Shown: positions 28,925 through 32,000 of the stretch, piece by piece | How the letters are laid out: every line of letters begins with the position of its first letter | Position numbering within the stretch: the stretch's first letter is position 1 | NCBI RefSeq assembly: GCF_000186885.1 | Contig: NC_014972.1 | Location: forward strand, 270,001 to 302,000 | DNA from: Desulfobulbus propionicus DSM 2032 | GTDB lineage: Bacteria > Desulfobacterota > Desulfobulbia > Desulfobulbales > Desulfobulbaceae | Direction of reading: 5' to 3' | Length of the DNA: 32,000 nucleotides | Made by a program: the position numbers and the translations under genes | The notes under the pieces: generated by a model | What the model saw: the letters and a program-made list of their open reading frames with translations, nothing else | What the model was told of the DNA's origin: nothing | Database searches by the model: none

Positions 28925-29944
28925 TTAGTCATTAGCCTTAGGCGGCAACTCTTTCTCAACGGGAATGCCCTGCTCGATCATATCCTCACGGAATTCGTCC
29001 TCATAGCTCGCATAGGAGTGCGGCTTGATGTCCGGGTTCCAGGGATTGACGTGGCGTCTCATTCTCGAATCGTTGGCCAGATTTCGGGTCGGGCTGAGGA
29101 AGACACCGCCCATATGCATGAGCTTGCTGAAAGGAAAGTACGCAAGCAGTGTGCACACTAAAAAGAGATGAACATAGAACAGTGAACTGATCTCGGTGAC
29201 GATGGTCGGAGAAAAGGTAACCAAGCCGACGGCCAGTTGTTTGATCGCGTTGATGTCCACGTTGGTGCGCAGGAAGAAACGCATCAGGATCCCGGTGATC
29301 ACGATCCCGAGGATCAGGAACAGCGGGAAGTAATCGTTGACCAGCGAGATGTAGCGGACCTGCGGGTTCATCAAGCGGCGGCCGAACAGGAACAGGAGGG
29401 CAAGGACAATGGTGACATCGGTGGTATACATGGTGGGCGCGCCGATCTGCAGCAGGGAGTCGCCCGTTTCGACGAAGGACACCAGCCAGGGTACCGGGTC
29501 GAGGAAGAGACGCATGTGACGGACCACGATCACCAGGAAGCTGTAGTGGAACATGATCGCGAACAGCCACAGCCACTTGCTCGACTCGTAGGTCAGCTTG
29601 GGTCCTGCATAGACCGAAGCCTTGGTGTTGCGCCAGAGTGAACGGAAAAGAACGATTTCAAGAAACATCCTGGCCACCACCTGGGCGGTGTTGACCGGGG
29701 CTTCGAGCTTGTCATGCTTGATCCAGGGGAGCGAGTACCCCTGGCCACAGGTGGTTGGGATTTTGAACGGTACCGGCGATTGGGCCCAATGGATCACCCG
29801 GTAACAAAAACCGCCTAAGAACAGCGCCATAGCCAGATAGGGTATGACAACACCAAAGAGGTATTGCATTCCCGGTATCTGCACGGCTATCAGCGCAATC
29901 AACACCAGGGCAATTACTGCCGCCAAAGGGAAGGCGTACTTCAT
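28925..29944 (-). CDS. dsrM: Membrane cytochrome b-type subunit DsrM
   Basis: 339 aa. FCYRVIHWAQSPVPFKIPTTCGQGYSLPWIK, RHMRLFLDPVP, and MHMGGVFLSPTRNLANDSRMRRHVNPWNPD. Upstream of dsrK. Confidence 0.93.
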   Translation of the reverse strand: MKYAFPLAAVIALVLIALIAVQIPGMQYLFGVVIPYLAMALFLGGFCYRVIHWAQSPVPFKIPTTCGQGYSLPWIKHDKLEAPVNTAQVVARMFLEIVLFRSLWRNTKASVYAGPKLTYESSKWLWLFAIMFHYSFLVIVVRHMRLFLDPVPWLVSFVETGDSLLQIGAPTMYTTDVTIVLALLFLFGRRLMNPQVRYISLVNDYFPLFLILGIVITGILMRFFLRTNVDINAIKQLAVGLVTFSPTIVTEISSLFYVHLFLVCTLLAYFPFSKLMHMGGVFLSPTRNLANDSRMRRHVNPWNPDIKPHSYASYEDEFREDMIEQGIPVEKELPPKAND

Positions 29945-30056
29945 CGATCACTCCTTCGCATTCAAGTTGAACTGTAACTTGTAAAAAAAGTTACGATAAA
30001 AAGCCGAGCTTTCGCCTCAATCTCCACAATTGAAGCCGCTCGACCGGTCACACAGC

Positions 30057-30596
30057 CTACTTCCCGGCGTCAGGGCCGGATGTGTCAAGGTGTTGCCGCA
30101 TGAGTGCGGAAGGGCACGCTGCATCGGTGAGAATTGCGCTGCCACTTTTCAGTTCACGGATGCGGTTCTGGTACAATTGTTCTCGACATTCAGAATAAAT
30201 GTTGAATGCGGTCAATGCGATCCCGTCAATGGTGCAATCCAGTTGATCGAGAAGGCCAAGCAATGGCTTGGTCTCCTTGTCAAGGGAGAAAACCTGCTTC
30301 ACGACCCATTTCAATTCAAGAAAAGGCGCCACGGCCTGTGCCGGAGTGAAGTCCTGCACAGCTCGGATCCTGACGACCTGATCGATCGGCTGGCAATAGG
30401 CCTGTTGGTCGGTATCTGTGAGCAACAGTTCGTAGATGGATGTCAGGCCGGCAGAAATGTTGCTTCCCACGGGATTGGCAAACGGATCCTGTGACTGTTT
30501 GAAAAATCCAGGTGAGGCGTAACTGTCAAGCGTCCGCTCAATCCACAACGAAAGGATCTCTTTCTTCTTGTTTGCCAGCGCCTTCTGCAGTTCCAT
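30057..30596 (-). CDS. RsbRD N-terminal-domain-like protein, dsr-linked
   Basis: Likely start MELQKALANKKKEILSLWIERTLDSYASPGFFKQSQDPFANPVGSNISAGLTSIYELLL, which resembles the RsbRD N-terminal domain. Lies immediately upstream of dsrM, same strand. The longer track ORF (to 30776) runs into the IS element and is not credible. Confidence 0.7.
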   Translation of the reverse strand: MELQKALANKKKEILSLWIERTLDSYASPGFFKQSQDPFANPVGSNISAGLTSIYELLLTDTDQQAYCQPIDQVVRIRAVQDFTPAQAVAPFLELKWVVKQVFSLDKETKPLLGLLDQLDCTIDGIALTAFNIYSECREQLYQNRIRELKSGSAILTDAACPSALMRQHLDTSGPDAGK

Positions 30597-30712
30597 GGTG
30601 CACAACTCTCGCCCATCATCTGGAGGGCGTTGGAGATCAATGTAATTTCCCTTGGGTAAACCCCCGGCTTTGCCGGGGGACAACAACAGTTTGACAGTTC
30701 CTGCAAAATAAA

Positions 30713-30761
30713 GAAGCCTCCCGCCTCGTGAACCGGTCAAAGTCACGAAAAAGGAGGCTTC
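30713..30761 (+). promoter_or_regulatory. Stem-loop predicted to occlude the tnpA ribosome-binding site
   Basis: GAAGCCTCC (30713-30721) pairs perfectly with GGAGGCTTC (30753-30761), which contains the Shine-Dalgarno and abuts the ATG at 30762. Inner stem CGTGA (30727-30731) / TCACG (30743-30747). Confidence 0.7.
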
Positions 30762-31193
30762 ATGAACGACATACAATGTTTAAGCCACACAAGATGGGAT
30801 TGCAAGTTCCATGTAGTGTGGATACCGAAATGCCGAAGAAAAATACTCTATGGCCAACTTCGGAAAAATCTGGGTGATGTGTTCCATGATCTTGCACGGC
30901 AAAAAGAAAGTCGGATTGTCGAGGGGCATTTGCAGCCCGATCATGTGCACATGCTACTGTCGATCCCGCCGAAGTATTCGGTGGCCCAGGTTGTGGGCTA
31001 CATGAAAGGGAAAAGTGCGATTTACATCGCACGCAATTACCTTGGGCAAAAGAAGAACTACAATGGGATGCACTTTTGGGCACGGGGCTATTTTGTGTCA
31101 ACCGTTGGTGCCGACGAGGCAATGGTTCGCGCATATATCCGTAACCAGGAGCAAGAGGATCAGCGAGTCGAACAACTGAACTTGTTTAAATAG
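30762..31193 (+). CDS. tnpA: IS200/IS605 family transposase (Y1/REP-type HUH transposase)
   Basis: 143 aa. KFHVVWIPKCRRKILYGQLR, EGHLQPDHVHMLLSIPPKYSVAQVVGYMKGKSAI (HUH = HVH), and catalytic Tyr region RGYFVSTVG. Confidence 0.95.
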   Translation: MNDIQCLSHTRWDCKFHVVWIPKCRRKILYGQLRKNLGDVFHDLARQKESRIVEGHLQPDHVHMLLSIPPKYSVAQVVGYMKGKSAIYIARNYLGQKKNYNGMHFWARGYFVSTVGADEAMVRAYIRNQEQEDQRVEQLNLFK

Positions 31194-31385
31194 GCGACCA
31201 CCATATGGTGGTCAGATAATATTTTAAAGAGACCGCTTTGAGCGGTTCACAGTCTTTCAAGCCACCGGCTTTGCCGGTGGTTCTGACTCTGTCAATATTT
31301 CAGCAATCTTTCAGCCATTAAAAATGAATGGCGATTCATGCACCGCATGCTCTAGCATGATTGCTGATTTGTTTCAAGAAAAAAT

Positions 31386-32000
31386 TTATCGGGAGGCTCC
31401 TGCCGACAGGCCCGCATTTCTTCCGTCTTTGAAGAGAAAGAGAGCAACCTGGATATACGGATCGGTGGCGACCAGCTCATCCAGCTTTTTCTCTTCGACC
31501 GGTTCACCGTCGTCCTCTCCGTTGCCGGTCAGCAATCCAGCATCCTTCGCCTCCTTTCGGGTGGCCGCCAGTTCCAGTCGCTCTTGCCACATGCCGTCGA
31601 GAAACACCGCCACATGGGTCTGTTTTGCTCGTGCCTTCGCTTTCCCCGTCTCCTGCCTGATCTTCTGAAAGGCGGTATTCTTTTCGGCCCACTGTGTGCC
31701 CTTCTGGCGGAGCTGTTCGGTAATCAACCGGTCGCCATTCCATTGCGCGAAATCCACTTGCTCGACCTGGTCCCAGGGCAGGGAATAATCCATATATTTT
31801 TCGCCCGTTTCCAGATAATCAAACATCGAGGGCACCACGAGATCCGGCTCCACCCCCTTATATTGCGTCGAGCCACCATTGATACGATAGAATTTTTGAA
31901 TGGTCAGTTTCAGCGCGCCCAGATCGTCGTATTTCTGCAGATGCAAGAGCGGCAGATTTCTATTCATGTCCATCATCGCCTGGACGGTACCCTTGCCGTG
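31386..32000 (-). CDS. prc: Carboxy-terminal processing peptidase (Prc/Tsp), C-terminal part, 5' end outside the window
   Basis: LKLTIQKFYRINGGSTQYKGVEPDLVVPS. The frame stays open to the window edge: bases 31971-32000 on the minus strand encode HGKGTVQAMM, the catalytic-lysine region. Confidence 0.9.
   Translation of the reverse strand, partial: HGKGTVQAMMDMNRNLPLLHLQKYDDLGALKLTIQKFYRINGGSTQYKGVEPDLVVPSMFDYLETGEKYMDYSLPWDQVEQVDFAQWNGDRLITEQLRQKGTQWAEKNTAFQKIRQETGKAKARAKQTHVAVFLDGMWQERLELAATRKEAKDAGLLTGNGEDDGEPVEEKKLDELVATDPYIQVALFLFKDGRNAGLSAGASR

Larger units (their letters stand above)
30655..31285 (+). mobile_element. IS200/IS605-superfamily element, IS200-like (tnpA only); boundaries approximate
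   Basis: TnpA ORF flanked by near-identical 19-nt hairpins: CCCCCGGCTTTGCCGGGGG (30661-30679) and CCACCGGCTTTGCCGGTGG (31262-31280). No tnpB. Confidence 0.85.

Noticed and set aside
30597-30776. N-terminal extension of the RsbRD-like ORF up to 30776
   Set aside because: The extension translates IS200 left-end and tnpA leader sequence (hairpins included). The internal start at 30596 matches the expected domain start.
30655-31285. Possible TnpB/omega-RNA or CRISPR-related system at the IS
   Set aside because: Only tnpA is present, with no tnpB/iscB ORF or remnant within the element, so it is an ordinary IS200-type unit.

Overview
This window reads as a GC-rich chromosomal segment of a sulfate-reducing deltaproteobacterium (Desulfobulbales-like by inference). 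Most genes are housekeeping: a YkgJ-like protein, bioB-bioA, an AI-2E transporter, citrate synthase, a Cache-PAS-HD-GYP signalling protein, acnB, a MetA/SphA-like outer-membrane protein, a tightly overlapping pyrK-pyrD-aroD-aroE-aroA operon, a prepilin peptidase, dsrPOJKM (dsrMKJOP read on the minus strand) preceded by an RsbRD-N-domain-like gene, an IS200-type element, and the 3' part of a prc/tsp protease. The features most worth follow-up are: (1) a co-directional cluster prkA / yeaH(DUF444) / spoVR(ycgB) / second divergent prkA-like ATPase; (2) a cobalamin riboswitch (about 7643-7800) followed by a strong intrinsic terminator but by no recognisable B12-related gene; (3) an IS200-type element with covarying end hairpins and an RBS-occluding stem, inserted just upstream of the RsbRD-dsrMKJOP operon. 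I found no CRISPR array, phage module or clear defence system. The families present are known, so I cannot claim an undescribed system from sequence alone.
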